This document shows positions 19,486-29,123 of a stretch of DNA of 64,000 bases, one piece after another. Source of the stretch: Candidatus Bathyarchaeota archaeon. GTDB taxonomy: Archaea > Thermoproteota > CALKCG01 > B24 > DRYS01. Positions within the stretch are counted from its first letter, which is position 1. Each line of letters opens with the position of its first letter. Under the pieces are notes generated by a model, which did no database searches, was not told the origin of the DNA, and worked only from the letters and a program-made list of their open reading frames with translations. The DNA lies in assembly GCA_018396535.1 (NCBI GenBank), contig JAGTQC010000003.1, positions 32,001 to 96,000 of the forward strand. The letters run 5' to 3'. A program made the position numbers and the translations under genes.

Positions 19486-21793
19486 CTCTGAAGATATCAT
19501 AGGTTTCCTGGTTAGAGTTAAAGGCATAGTTCAAGGTGTAGGTTTTCGTCCATTTATATATCGTTTAGCACATAGATATAATCTTAAGGGCTACGTTAAG
19601 AATCTTAAGAATGGAGATGTAGAGATATACATCGAGGGTGTTAGCTCATCCATCTGCAAATTTATGGATGATCTAATTAGGGAGAAGCCGCCGATAACCG
19701 TTATAGATTGTATTGAAACATTTGAAGTAGAACCTAGAGGAGAGGAGACTTTCAGAATAGAAAAAAGTGGTGAAGAAGGTAGGAGCAAAGGTTCGATTAT
19801 ACCTCCAGATATAGCTATATGTGATTCATGTTTGAAGGAACTTAGGGCACCATCCAATAGACGTTATAAATACTTCTTTATAACGTGTACAGATTGTGGC
19901 CCCAGATTCACGATAATAGAGAGGCTTCCGTACGACCGTATAAATACTTCGATGAAGATATTCGACATGTGTAGTGAATGTTTTAACGAATATACGAACC
20001 CGTTAGATAGGAGATTTCATGCTCAAACTATAGCATGCTCTCGATGTGGTCCCAAAGTATATCTTACGGATAATCATGGAGTTAAAGTGGAATGTGCAGA
20101 TCCTATACTGGAGGCTAGTAGGCTTATAGATGAAGGCCTCATAATAGCTGTGAAAGGCTATGGTGGTTTCCATATAGCTACAGCTACTACGATAGATGAA
20201 CCTATTAGGAGGCTTAGAGAAAGGAAGGGTAGGAAGAATAAACCATTCGCTATAATGGCTAGGGATATTAAGACTATAGAAGGCTTCGCTGAACTAACAG
20301 ATATCGAAAGGAAGCTTCTAGAAAGCTATATGCACCCAATAGTCCTGTTGAAAAAGAACAAAGATTACTACCTATCAGATCTTATAGCTCCAAACTTGCA
20401 TCTTATTGGTGTAATGTTGCCGTACACTGGATTACATATACTTTTATTTGAGGGTACGAAAGAACCAGCCCTGGTTATGACAAGTGGTAATGTATCTGGT
20501 CAACCTATAGTTAAGGATGATGACGAAGCTATATCCAAACTTGGTAAGCTAGTAGATTATATATTATTCCATGATCGACCTATAGTACAAAGATGCGACG
20601 ATTCCGTGGTCAAGATAGTAGATGGTGAGCCATTGATTGTTAGAAGGTCCAGGGGGTACACACCTATGCCCATCAGACTTAAATACAATGCCAATCTAGA
20701 TATACTCGCACTAGGATGTGAGGAAAACGTTGTAGCATGTATAATCAGAGGTAACGAAGCATACCTTACACAGCATATAGGAGATATGGACGATATAGAA
20801 TCTTTGGTCTTCCTTAAAAAATCCATAGAACATTTCATAAACCTATTGTCGGTCAATCCTAAAATTATAGTATGTGATCTTAATCCGCGTTTTGCTACGA
20901 CGAGATTAGCCTTTGATATGGCTAGAGTAATGCATATACCCGTAATTCAAATCCAACATCATGCAGCTCACGCATATAGCCTATTGGCAGAGTCAGGGTT
21001 AGATGAAGCTATTATAGTAGCTGCTGATGGCTTCGGCTATGGTTTAGATAGAGCTGCCTGGGGTGGTGAGATTATTCATATATCTAAGGATGGATGGACA
21101 AGGATAGGCCATTTAGAGGAGCATCCCATGGTAGGTGGTGATCTAGCTACTCGTTATCCTGTAAGAATGGTTATAGGTATACTTAAGGATGATCCTAGAA
21201 TAGAGGAATGGGTTAAATCTAGGATATACATGCTGCCACACGGCGAGAGGGAGTTAGATGTAATATTCAATCAGCTAGAGAAAGGTGTATATACACGTAC
21301 AACTAGTTGTGGTAGGTTATTGGATGCTGTGTCAACTCTACTTGGTATATGCTTCGAAAGGACCTATGAAGGTGAGCCAGCTATGAAGCTTGAATCAGCA
21401 GCTCAAGGAGGAGAAGATATCTTGCACTTAAACCCATTATATAACGGCGATGTCATCATCACTAAGGCATTAATAGAATCAATTTTCGATAACCTCGATA
21501 GGGTCAGTAGGAAGGATTTAGCCTATTCAGCTCACATCTACATAGCTAGAAGCTTCGCGCATTATGTTGTTGATAAAGCATTAGAGCTAGGTGTAAAGCA
21601 TGTAGGATTCACGGGTGGTGTAGCCTACAATGGTATTATAATTAGAGAGTTTAGAAGGATTGTGGAGAGTGAAGGGTTAAACTTCGTGAAGCATAAACTA
21701 GTACCAGCTGGTGATGGAGGGATATCACTTGGTCAATCATACTATGCATTACTCAGTTCATCTGCGAGGATAATCCATATACCGTCCAGTTAA
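19469..21793 (+). CDS. hypF: Carbamoyltransferase HypF
   Basis: Acylphosphatase GIVQGVGFRPF, Zn fingers, YrdC KGYGGFH, QHHAAH, GDGGISLGQ; exact start uncertain. Confidence 0.95.
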   Translation: MKRRYNSEDIIGFLVRVKGIVQGVGFRPFIYRLAHRYNLKGYVKNLKNGDVEIYIEGVSSSICKFMDDLIREKPPITVIDCIETFEVEPRGEETFRIEKSGEEGRSKGSIIPPDIAICDSCLKELRAPSNRRYKYFFITCTDCGPRFTIIERLPYDRINTSMKIFDMCSECFNEYTNPLDRRFHAQTIACSRCGPKVYLTDNHGVKVECADPILEASRLIDEGLIIAVKGYGGFHIATATTIDEPIRRLRERKGRKNKPFAIMARDIKTIEGFAELTDIERKLLESYMHPIVLLKKNKDYYLSDLIAPNLHLIGVMLPYTGLHILLFEGTKEPALVMTSGNVSGQPIVKDDDEAISKLGKLVDYILFHDRPIVQRCDDSVVKIVDGEPLIVRRSRGYTPMPIRLKYNANLDILALGCEENVVACIIRGNEAYLTQHIGDMDDIESLVFLKKSIEHFINLLSVNPKIIVCDLNPRFATTRLAFDMARVMHIPVIQIQHHAAHAYSLLAESGLDEAIIVAADGFGYGLDRAAWGGEIIHISKDGWTRIGHLEEHPMVGGDLATRYPVRMVIGILKDDPRIEEWVKSRIYMLPHGERELDVIFNQLEKGVYTRTTSCGRLLDAVSTLLGICFERTYEGEPAMKLESAAQGGEDILHLNPLYNGDVIITKALIESIFDNLDRVSRKDLAYSAHIYIARSFAHYVVDKALELGVKHVGFTGGVAYNGIIIREFRRIVESEGLNFVKHKLVPAGDGGISLGQSYYALLSSSARIIHIPSS

Positions 21794-22141
21794 CTGTGAA
21801 ATACGAATCTGATTCCTCGTTATAATACTTCTTCACTTTAGGATTGTAATAAGCTAGATTTGGATGATATATCAAAATCATGTGAACCAGATCATCCACT
21901 CCAGTTTTTATGACAGCTCCATGCATACGGCTATAATTTTAGAGCTAGTACAACTATAGGTTCATCATTAACTGCTCCTTTAGACATAATACATAACCTT
22001 CTAAGATCATACATGTGCAGTGTATTGACTAAAATTAACTAAAATTATATGTTTTCATCTAGAAATATAAAGCTAAAACTCGTAAACGATTTACCTTTGA
22101 TATCTCCTCGATAATCAGAGTCTATCCTACCTATCATTAAT

Positions 22142-22193
22142 ATATTCGCATTGAGAAATTCCCCCTTATAGATTATACTTCTTATGCGAATAT
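22142..22193. repeat. Inverted repeat (10-bp perfect arms) in an AT-rich convergent spacer
   Basis: ATATTCGCAT (22142-22151) and ATGCGAATAT (22184-22193). Confidence 0.55.
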
Positions 22194-22267
22194 GAATTAA
22201 CTTCGATTATTGGATATATTTATAATATATTGTTATATACGATAGAGTTCAGTTCATCAAGCATTAA

Positions 22268-23263
22268 TTATAATATATCATATGGTATCTTAAGTTTTCT
22301 ACGAATATTTTCAGAATCCTTCTCTATTCGTGATGACAGAGCCTTCTCTAAGAGCTCTCTAAATTTGGGATAACTCATTTCCTGTTCTTTAATCCATTCT
22401 TTAGAAAATGTACCTGAAATTATCTCTTCCAAGCTCTTAACCATAGGTTCATATATTTTATCGATGTACCTATCTATACGGGATAGCTGTCCATATTGGC
22501 TGGTTTTAGAGTGGAGTATGAGCTGTCCTAATAAGCCTAGTTTACATACTTGTCGAAAAACTTCTATAAGCTCGCCAGAAGCTATAAGCTCTGTTAATAC
22601 AGCTTCAACACTATATCCTTTAGACACGAGTATTTCGTAGGCTCTTAAGAAAGCTGAGATTATTACAGGCATAACGGCTTGTTCGGTGAATAAATCGAGT
22701 TCGGTTTCTTCTTCAAAGCTCGATTCTATAACTCCTGCACGTGTAAACCCTAAAGCTTTAGCTAAAGCTAGAATTCTAGACCATGCAGCTCCAGTTACAT
22801 CCTGTCTAATAGCTACAAAGGCGGGGGCTCCATATCCTAGTTCATATAGTCTTCTTACGCCAACCCCTATCATTCTAGGAGCTAGTAACCCTACATCTAT
22901 GTCATTACGTGGAATTATTAATCCATACCTTATGGAGAAGCCATGAGCAAATACTATCATGCACCCAGTCTTTATATTAGGCTCTATATCCGAGTAATAC
23001 ACTATCCTCTGAACTTCATCTGGTATGAGAATGCAAATTATATCCGACTGTCTAGTAGCATCGCTTATATCGTATACATAGAACCCATCAGATAACGCCC
23101 TATCCCAATACTCATCTTTAATATTCCCTACGATAACGTTTAAGCCACTATCCCTCAAATTCATAGCCCATGCTCTTCCCTGATTACCGTATCCTAGGAT
23201 TCCGATAGTTAGGTTATTTAACACGGATAGCGTTGCATCCTCATCATAGAATATCCGAGTCAA
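22268..23263 (-). CDS. ilvC: Ketol-acid reductoisomerase
   Basis: GYGNQGRAWAMNLRDSG, IPDEVQ, FAHGF, EETELDLFTEQ. Confidence 0.9.
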   Translation of the reverse strand: MTRIFYDEDATLSVLNNLTIGILGYGNQGRAWAMNLRDSGLNVIVGNIKDEYWDRALSDGFYVYDISDATRQSDIICILIPDEVQRIVYYSDIEPNIKTGCMIVFAHGFSIRYGLIIPRNDIDVGLLAPRMIGVGVRRLYELGYGAPAFVAIRQDVTGAAWSRILALAKALGFTRAGVIESSFEEETELDLFTEQAVMPVIISAFLRAYEILVSKGYSVEAVLTELIASGELIEVFRQVCKLGLLGQLILHSKTSQYGQLSRIDRYIDKIYEPMVKSLEEIISGTFSKEWIKEQEMSYPKFRELLEKALSSRIEKDSENIRRKLKIPYDIL

Positions 23264-23348
23264 ATTATCACCAGTATCCCCTCAAAACATACTTCAATAT
23301 TTAAAATTAACTGTGTAGATCATACATAAGACTTAACTATATAGAGGT

Positions 23349-24197
23349 TTGAATCCTAATACGATGGTGTACGTGACTAAAGCTGATGGTAGTAGGCAAC
23401 CATTCGATTTAAGTAAGGTGTATAGAACATGTTTGAAGATGAATATACCAAGAGAGTATATCGATGCTATATGCAGGAAAGTGGAGGAGAAGGTTTACGA
23501 TGGTATAGCGACAAAGGATATATTAAGAATAATCCGAGATGAAGCTAGTGTATTCGATTCATCATACTCGTGGATATCTGATCTAAGATCTGCTATATCT
23601 AGACTTAGATCTAAGCCTGATTTCGAGCAGTATGCGCGTCTCATCTTGGAGTCTTTAGGATTTCAAGTTGCTCCAAACCAGATCATAAGAGGCGAATGTG
23701 TAGAGTATGAATTAGACGGATTATTACTCAAAGATGGTCAGATCTATATCCTAGAAGTTAAACATCATACAAATCCCCACGAGAAAGTGGATCTAACAGT
23801 GGTACTTAAGGTTAGAGCTATAGTAGAGGATTTACTATTGGGTTATGAAAAGAGAATAAATCAGATTAAGATATCGGGAGGATATATCGTCACCAACGCA
23901 AAGTTTACTGATCATGCAATGAGATACGCTAAGTGTAAAGGTATAAACCTTCTAGGATGGGGTACATATGAGGATATAGAGAGGATTATATTAGAGAATA
24001 GGCTTCATCCAATAACTATCATAAGCGATCTTGATGGATTGGAGCTGCAAACCCTAGCCGATATGGGTCTTGTAACACTTAAACAGATCATAATGTTCAC
24101 TCCAGATAAATTATCGGTTATAACAGGTATAGGAATCGATAGATGTCAGGAAATACTAGCGAAGGCATACGAATTCTTCAAGAAGCTTGGAAGTTAG
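23349..24197 (+). CDS. ATP-cone domain fused to Mrr-like PD-(D/E)xK endonuclease with C-terminal HhH-like region
   Basis: VTKADGSRQPFD..K ATP cone; FEQY..., EYELDG, EVKHH, VTNAKFT; GIGIDR. Confidence 0.8.
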   Translation: MNPNTMVYVTKADGSRQPFDLSKVYRTCLKMNIPREYIDAICRKVEEKVYDGIATKDILRIIRDEASVFDSSYSWISDLRSAISRLRSKPDFEQYARLILESLGFQVAPNQIIRGECVEYELDGLLLKDGQIYILEVKHHTNPHEKVDLTVVLKVRAIVEDLLLGYEKRINQIKISGGYIVTNAKFTDHAMRYAKCKGINLLGWGTYEDIERIILENRLHPITIISDLDGLELQTLADMGLVTLKQIIMFTPDKLSVITGIGIDRCQEILAKAYEFFKKLGS

Positions 24198-25252
24198 CAT
24201 ATCCTAGGTACTGGGTCGCCTAACGGTGGAGGTATAATTCTCTTGCCACCGATTAAAGTCTCCATAGCTACACCTTCAAATTCGTCTGTAGCTTCACCTA
24301 TTATAGCAGCATCTTTTCCTTCGTCAGTTTCTCTTAAAACTTCTAAGATCTCTTCAGCCATCTCTGCTACTACAGCTAGGACAACCTTACCCTCATTTCC
24401 TATCTCCAGTGGATCTATACCGAGCATTTCACATGCAGCTCTCACACCCTCCCTTATAGGTATATCTTCTTCTTTAATCAGTATACCTACATGCGATTTC
24501 TCACTCCACTCATTGAGTAGGTTAGCTAAACCGCCTCTTGTAGGATCCTTCATAGATACTACACCTCCTACTGATAACACTTTCTCTATCATCCTATTTA
24601 GAGGTCTGACATCAGATTTTATACTACTCTCAAATCCATACCCTTCTCTACAGCTTAGTATAGCTACCCCATGATCCCCTATAGTCCCTGATACTATTAT
24701 CTTATCCCCAGGTCTAATATTGGAATCTAGAAGCCATCTAGCTTCAATCCCTCCTCTGAACCTACGTACAACATCTATGTTATAATCTAGGTATTGGCTC
24801 CTTACACCTATTCCAGAACAATTTATTATGCATCCATCTAATGATCCTTTCTCAACAACTTTAGTATCGCCTGTGACTACATATACATCAGCTTCTCTAC
24901 ATGTAGAGGCTATACTCTGCATAATTCTATCTAGATCATAGATAGGAAATCCCTCCTCTAATACGAGAGCTAGCGATAAAGCTATAGGTTTACCCCCCAT
25001 GACAGATATATCGTTAACTGTACCTGAAACAGCTAGCCTGCCTATATCCCCACCTGGAAAGAATAATGGTTTGACGGTGTAGGAATCAGATTTAAAAACC
25101 ACGTCATTAACTACAGCAGAATCATCTAAAGCGTGCAGCCCTACTTCGAAGTTATCTCTAGGCAGGATGGATAATATGTGCTCCTTAATAAGCCTGTGCA
25201 TAAGATACCCACCAGCTCCATGAGCCATAACTATCCTATCAGATTTATCCAT
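24194..25252 (-). CDS. hypE: Hydrogenase maturation protein HypE
   Basis: HGAGG, DSYTVKPLFFPGGDIG, GDTKVV, KDPTRGG, NEGK, C-terminal PRIC. Confidence 0.96.
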   Translation of the reverse strand: MDKSDRIVMAHGAGGYLMHRLIKEHILSILPRDNFEVGLHALDDSAVVNDVVFKSDSYTVKPLFFPGGDIGRLAVSGTVNDISVMGGKPIALSLALVLEEGFPIYDLDRIMQSIASTCREADVYVVTGDTKVVEKGSLDGCIINCSGIGVRSQYLDYNIDVVRRFRGGIEARWLLDSNIRPGDKIIVSGTIGDHGVAILSCREGYGFESSIKSDVRPLNRMIEKVLSVGGVVSMKDPTRGGLANLLNEWSEKSHVGILIKEEDIPIREGVRAACEMLGIDPLEIGNEGKVVLAVVAEMAEEILEVLRETDEGKDAAIIGEATDEFEGVAMETLIGGKRIIPPPLGDPVPRIC

Positions 25253-25326
25253 AGCATCCTCAATACAGGAATTGATTTACCTAACGTTTAATAAACCCTA
25301 CTCTTGAATATGGGAAAGATGACCTT

Positions 25327-26247
25327 ATGACAGAAGCTGTTGCTCCAGGTAAAATAATAATATGTGGAGAGCATTTCGTAGTATATGGTGAACCAGCTAT
25401 AGTAGCCGCAGTAGATCTTAAAGCATATGCCTATGCTTCATTTGTAGATGAACTAGGTATACATATATACTCTAGTAGAGTATCCGAAGTCTCGTTACGG
25501 CCTATACATGAGGTTATAAAGCTTCTTTTAGAATCTAGGAATGTAAGGTTAGATAATAGGGGTATAGCAGTATCGATTAATTCAGAAATACCGATTTCTG
25601 CTGGTTTAGGTTCTTCCGCAGCTGTGGCTATAGCGTCAATCTTAGCAGTATCAAAGCTCTTAGGGCTTAAGCTTAAGAAAAGAGAAGTTATATCATTAGG
25701 CGTTAGGGCAGAAGAGTTTATTCATGGTAGACCTTCAGGTATAGATCCAACTATATCCACTTACGGAGGAATACTCCTATTTAAGCGTGGAGGAAGGGTT
25801 AGACGGATAAAACCCACTAAGCCTATGGAGTTTGTGATAGCCGATTCAGGTATAAAGAGATCTACAGGTATTATGGTTCGTAAGGTAGGTGAGCTTTCTT
25901 CAAAGTACCCAGAGGTATTTCTAGGATTACGGTATACGATGCGTAAGATTGTGAGAAGAGCTATGAAAGCTATAGTCGAAGGGGAAATCGAAATACTGGG
26001 AGATATGCTTAACCTAAACCACGGGCTCTTATCTGCTATAGGTGTATCGAATAGTAAGTTGGAGAGACTTGTATATGTGGCTAGAGAGGTTGGAGCTTTA
26101 GGTTCGAAGATTACCGGTGCTGGTGGAGGTGGATGTATTATAGCTCTAGCTAAACCTGGAGAATCAGATAGGATTGCTTCATCTCTTATAGATGCTGGTG
26201 CTGAAGCAGTATATAAGGCTAGGATAGCAGAGGTAGGTGCTATGTGA
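25327..26247 (+). CDS. mvk: Mevalonate kinase
   Basis: APGKIIICGEHFVVYG, GLGSSAA, PSGID, KITGAGGGG. Confidence 0.95.
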   Translation: MTEAVAPGKIIICGEHFVVYGEPAIVAAVDLKAYAYASFVDELGIHIYSSRVSEVSLRPIHEVIKLLLESRNVRLDNRGIAVSINSEIPISAGLGSSAAVAIASILAVSKLLGLKLKKREVISLGVRAEEFIHGRPSGIDPTISTYGGILLFKRGGRVRRIKPTKPMEFVIADSGIKRSTGIMVRKVGELSSKYPEVFLGLRYTMRKIVRRAMKAIVEGEIEILGDMLNLNHGLLSAIGVSNSKLERLVYVAREVGALGSKITGAGGGGCIIALAKPGESDRIASSLIDAGAEAVYKARIAEVGAM

Positions 26248-27026
26248 TGATAGTCGTTAAGTTAGGTGGAAGCGTTATAACCGATAAGAGTAAGCCCTTA
26301 TCGTTTAATGAAGATGTCTCCAGAAGGTTAGCTGATGAAATACTATCTACGGGCTTAAAGGATGTGATATTGGTTCATGGAGGGGGATCTTTTGGGCATT
26401 ACATAGCTTCAACTTACGGTTTAAACAAAGTGGTTAAACCCATATCTCAAGCTACACCAGGTCTTCTGGAAACCCATATGAGTATGCGTAGACTTACGGA
26501 TAGGTTAGTAAGTGTATTTTCTAGTAAGGGTCTTCGTATATACCCAATCTCTGCTTCCAGCATAATGGTAGCTAGGAGAGGACGTATAGATTCAATCTAT
26601 CTAGAACCTATAAAGCTATCGTTTAAGATAGGATTAATACCTTTGTTACATGGTGATGTAGTCTTTGATTACGAAGATGGCTTCTCTATCGTATCTGGGG
26701 ATCAAGTAGCAGTTAGGTTAGCTTTAGAATTCAAAGCACATAAAGTTATCTTCGTGGTAGATGTAGATGGAGTCTATGACAGGGATCCGAGATCTGAAGG
26801 AGCCTCTCTTATAAGAGAGCTTAAGATAGAATTTCTAGAAGAAATATTTCCAGTATATAGTGGATCCATAGACGTGACGGGTGGAATGATTTCTAAGCTT
26901 AGAGAAGCCTCGATTCTAATAGAGAAGGGTATAGAAGTATATATAATCAATGGTTTGAAACCGGGTCGTTTATATAGAGCGATTATGGGGTTTGATGTAG
27001 AAGGTACACGTCTAATCGGAGGGTAA
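26244..27026 (+). CDS. ipk: Isopentenyl phosphate kinase
   Basis: KLGGSVITDK, VHGGGSFGH, SGD, DVTGGM; operon context. Confidence 0.92.
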   Translation: MMIVVKLGGSVITDKSKPLSFNEDVSRRLADEILSTGLKDVILVHGGGSFGHYIASTYGLNKVVKPISQATPGLLETHMSMRRLTDRLVSVFSSKGLRIYPISASSIMVARRGRIDSIYLEPIKLSFKIGLIPLLHGDVVFDYEDGFSIVSGDQVAVRLALEFKAHKVIFVVDVDGVYDRDPRSEGASLIRELKIEFLEEIFPVYSGSIDVTGGMISKLREASILIEKGIEVYIINGLKPGRLYRAIMGFDVEGTRLIGG

Positions 27027-27034
27027 GATGGTAT

Positions 27035-28105
27035 TTGAATATAGAAGTGAGAAAAAATGAGCATATAGAAATATGTCTCACTAAGCCGGTCGAAGCTGAG
27101 AGAGAGACTACATGGCTCGAATACGTATACCTCCCTCATAGAAGCCTACCTGAAGTAGATCCAAGAGATATAGATCTAGAAATAGATTTCCTAGGCTTCA
27201 AATTCTCCGCACCCATAATGGTTTCAGCTATAACCGGTGGCAGTAATCTAGGATTCAAGATTAACGCGAATATAGCAGAAACCGTGGAGAAGCTTCGATT
27301 AGGTATGTGTGTAGGTAGTCAGAGGATACTACTAGAGAAACCAGAGTCTATATACAGCTTTAAGATAGTTAGAGATAAGGCTCCTACAGCATTCATATCT
27401 GCTAATATCGGTTTTCAAGAGTTGAGGAGATATGGTGTAGATAGATTGGTGGAACTGATAGAATCTATAAGGGCTGACGCTCTAACTATACATTTAAACC
27501 CTCTACAAGAGCTACTGCAAGTCGAAAGTGAACCTATGTTTAGAGGGCTATTATCCGCGATGAAAGATATAGTGAAAGAGCTTAAAATACCGGTTATCGT
27601 TAAGGAAACAGGTGCAGGTATAATTCGTGAAGATGCGGCTAGATTAGAGGAGATAGGCGTGAAAGCTATAGATGTTGCTGGTTTAGGTGGTACAAGCTGG
27701 TCTAGGGTGGAATATTATCGTGCGATAAGATGGCATGATGATATAAAGGTGGAAGTATCTAAAGCCTTTTGGGATTGGGGTATACCTACCGCTGCTAGTA
27801 TACTTGAAGTTAAATCCGCAACTAGAAACATTAAGTTAGTAGCTTCTGGTGGGTTAAGATCAGGAGTAGATATGGCTAAAGCAATATGTCTCGGTGCCGA
27901 TATGTGCGCAATAGCTCTACCCATACTTAAGCCAGCGCTTAAAAGTGCCCAGGAAGTAGAGAAAACTCTAAAGACGTTTATCGAAGGATTGAGGATAGCT
28001 ATGGTACTTACAGGCGTATCAAAGATAGATGATCTTAAGAAGATTAAACCTATAATTGTAGGTAGGCTAGCAGAGTGGGTGAATAAAAGGGGGTTGAATA
28101 GTTGA
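27035..28105 (+). CDS. fni: Type 2 isopentenyl-diphosphate delta-isomerase
   Basis: RKNEHI, TGG, GSQR, HLNPLQE, KETG, WDWGIPT. Confidence 0.95.
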   Translation: MNIEVRKNEHIEICLTKPVEAERETTWLEYVYLPHRSLPEVDPRDIDLEIDFLGFKFSAPIMVSAITGGSNLGFKINANIAETVEKLRLGMCVGSQRILLEKPESIYSFKIVRDKAPTAFISANIGFQELRRYGVDRLVELIESIRADALTIHLNPLQELLQVESEPMFRGLLSAMKDIVKELKIPVIVKETGAGIIREDAARLEEIGVKAIDVAGLGGTSWSRVEYYRAIRWHDDIKVEVSKAFWDWGIPTAASILEVKSATRNIKLVASGGLRSGVDMAKAICLGADMCAIALPILKPALKSAQEVEKTLKTFIEGLRIAMVLTGVSKIDDLKKIKPIIVGRLAEWVNKRGLNS

Positions 28106-29103
28106 GCAATCTTTTAGATGAGATAAAAGCATGTTGCGAGGTGGTAGATAGGTATATATTTGAGCTTCTAGAATCCGATAAAGATATACCTGTTCTCTAC
28201 GAATCTAGTATCCATTTATTTAGAGCTGGTGGGAAGCGTGTAAGGCCTTTCCTAACTATGAAGTCATGTGAAGCTGTAGGAGGGGACCCGTACATATCTA
28301 TACCGTTCGCTTCAGCTATCGAAATTCTTCATACCTTCACGTTGATTCATGATGATATAATGGATGAAAGCGATACCAGGAGGGGGGTTCCTACAGTGCA
28401 TACAATCTGGGGTATACCTCAAGCTATAACATCTGGAGACTATCTTTTTGCAAAGGTATTTCAAGCTATATGTAGATTCAAGGATATCGAGAAGGTAGGC
28501 TATGATAAGATCACGAAGATAGCTGCTATGATAGCTGAAGCTATGATAGATATAGCTAAGGGTCAAACTCTAGATATGCTTCTACAATCTAGGATGGATG
28601 TTTCAGAGGAGGAATGCCTTGAGATGATAAGATTGAAGACAGCTAGACTCTTCCAGGTATCTGCAGAGATAGGTGCTCTCATAGGTAGATGTAGTAGTGA
28701 AGAGTTCGAAGCCTTATCTAGATATGGTTTAAAAGCTGGTCTGGCATTTCAGATAGTGGACGATATATTAGGGCTGATAGGTAGTGAGGAAGAGTTAGGT
28801 AAACCAGTAGGTAGCGATCTTAGGGAGGGTAAAAAGACTTTGATAATAGTGTATAGCCTTAAGAATCTCCCACCTAAGAGTAAAGGTATCGTTACCAGGG
28901 TTCTCGGTAGAAGGGATGCATCAGATAGTGATGTAAGAAGAGCGATCGATACACTCATACGTTATGGATGCATAGACTATGCTAGGAGTATAGCTCTAAA
29001 ATTTAGGGATGAAGCTATAGAGGCTATATCTAGAATCAAGCCTAGCCCTAGTAAGAGGAGTCTTGAGGAGTTAGCAAAGCTATTCGTAGATAGGAGATTA
29101 TAA
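28102..29103 (+). CDS. Polyprenyl (geranylgeranyl) diphosphate synthase
   Basis: GGKRVRP, HDDIMD..RRG, GQTLD, KTA, FQIVDDILG, GSDLREGKKT. Confidence 0.93.
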   Translation: MSNLLDEIKACCEVVDRYIFELLESDKDIPVLYESSIHLFRAGGKRVRPFLTMKSCEAVGGDPYISIPFASAIEILHTFTLIHDDIMDESDTRRGVPTVHTIWGIPQAITSGDYLFAKVFQAICRFKDIEKVGYDKITKIAAMIAEAMIDIAKGQTLDMLLQSRMDVSEEECLEMIRLKTARLFQVSAEIGALIGRCSSEEFEALSRYGLKAGLAFQIVDDILGLIGSEEELGKPVGSDLREGKKTLIIVYSLKNLPPKSKGIVTRVLGRRDASDSDVRRAIDTLIRYGCIDYARSIALKFRDEAIEAISRIKPSPSKRSLEELAKLFVDRRL

Positions 29104-29123
29104 TATTTGAAGGTTGATTCTCT

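Noticed and set aside
21900-21968. Second C/D sRNA from the minus-strand ATGATGA at 21968-21962
   Set aside because: No CTGA D box at a suitable distance
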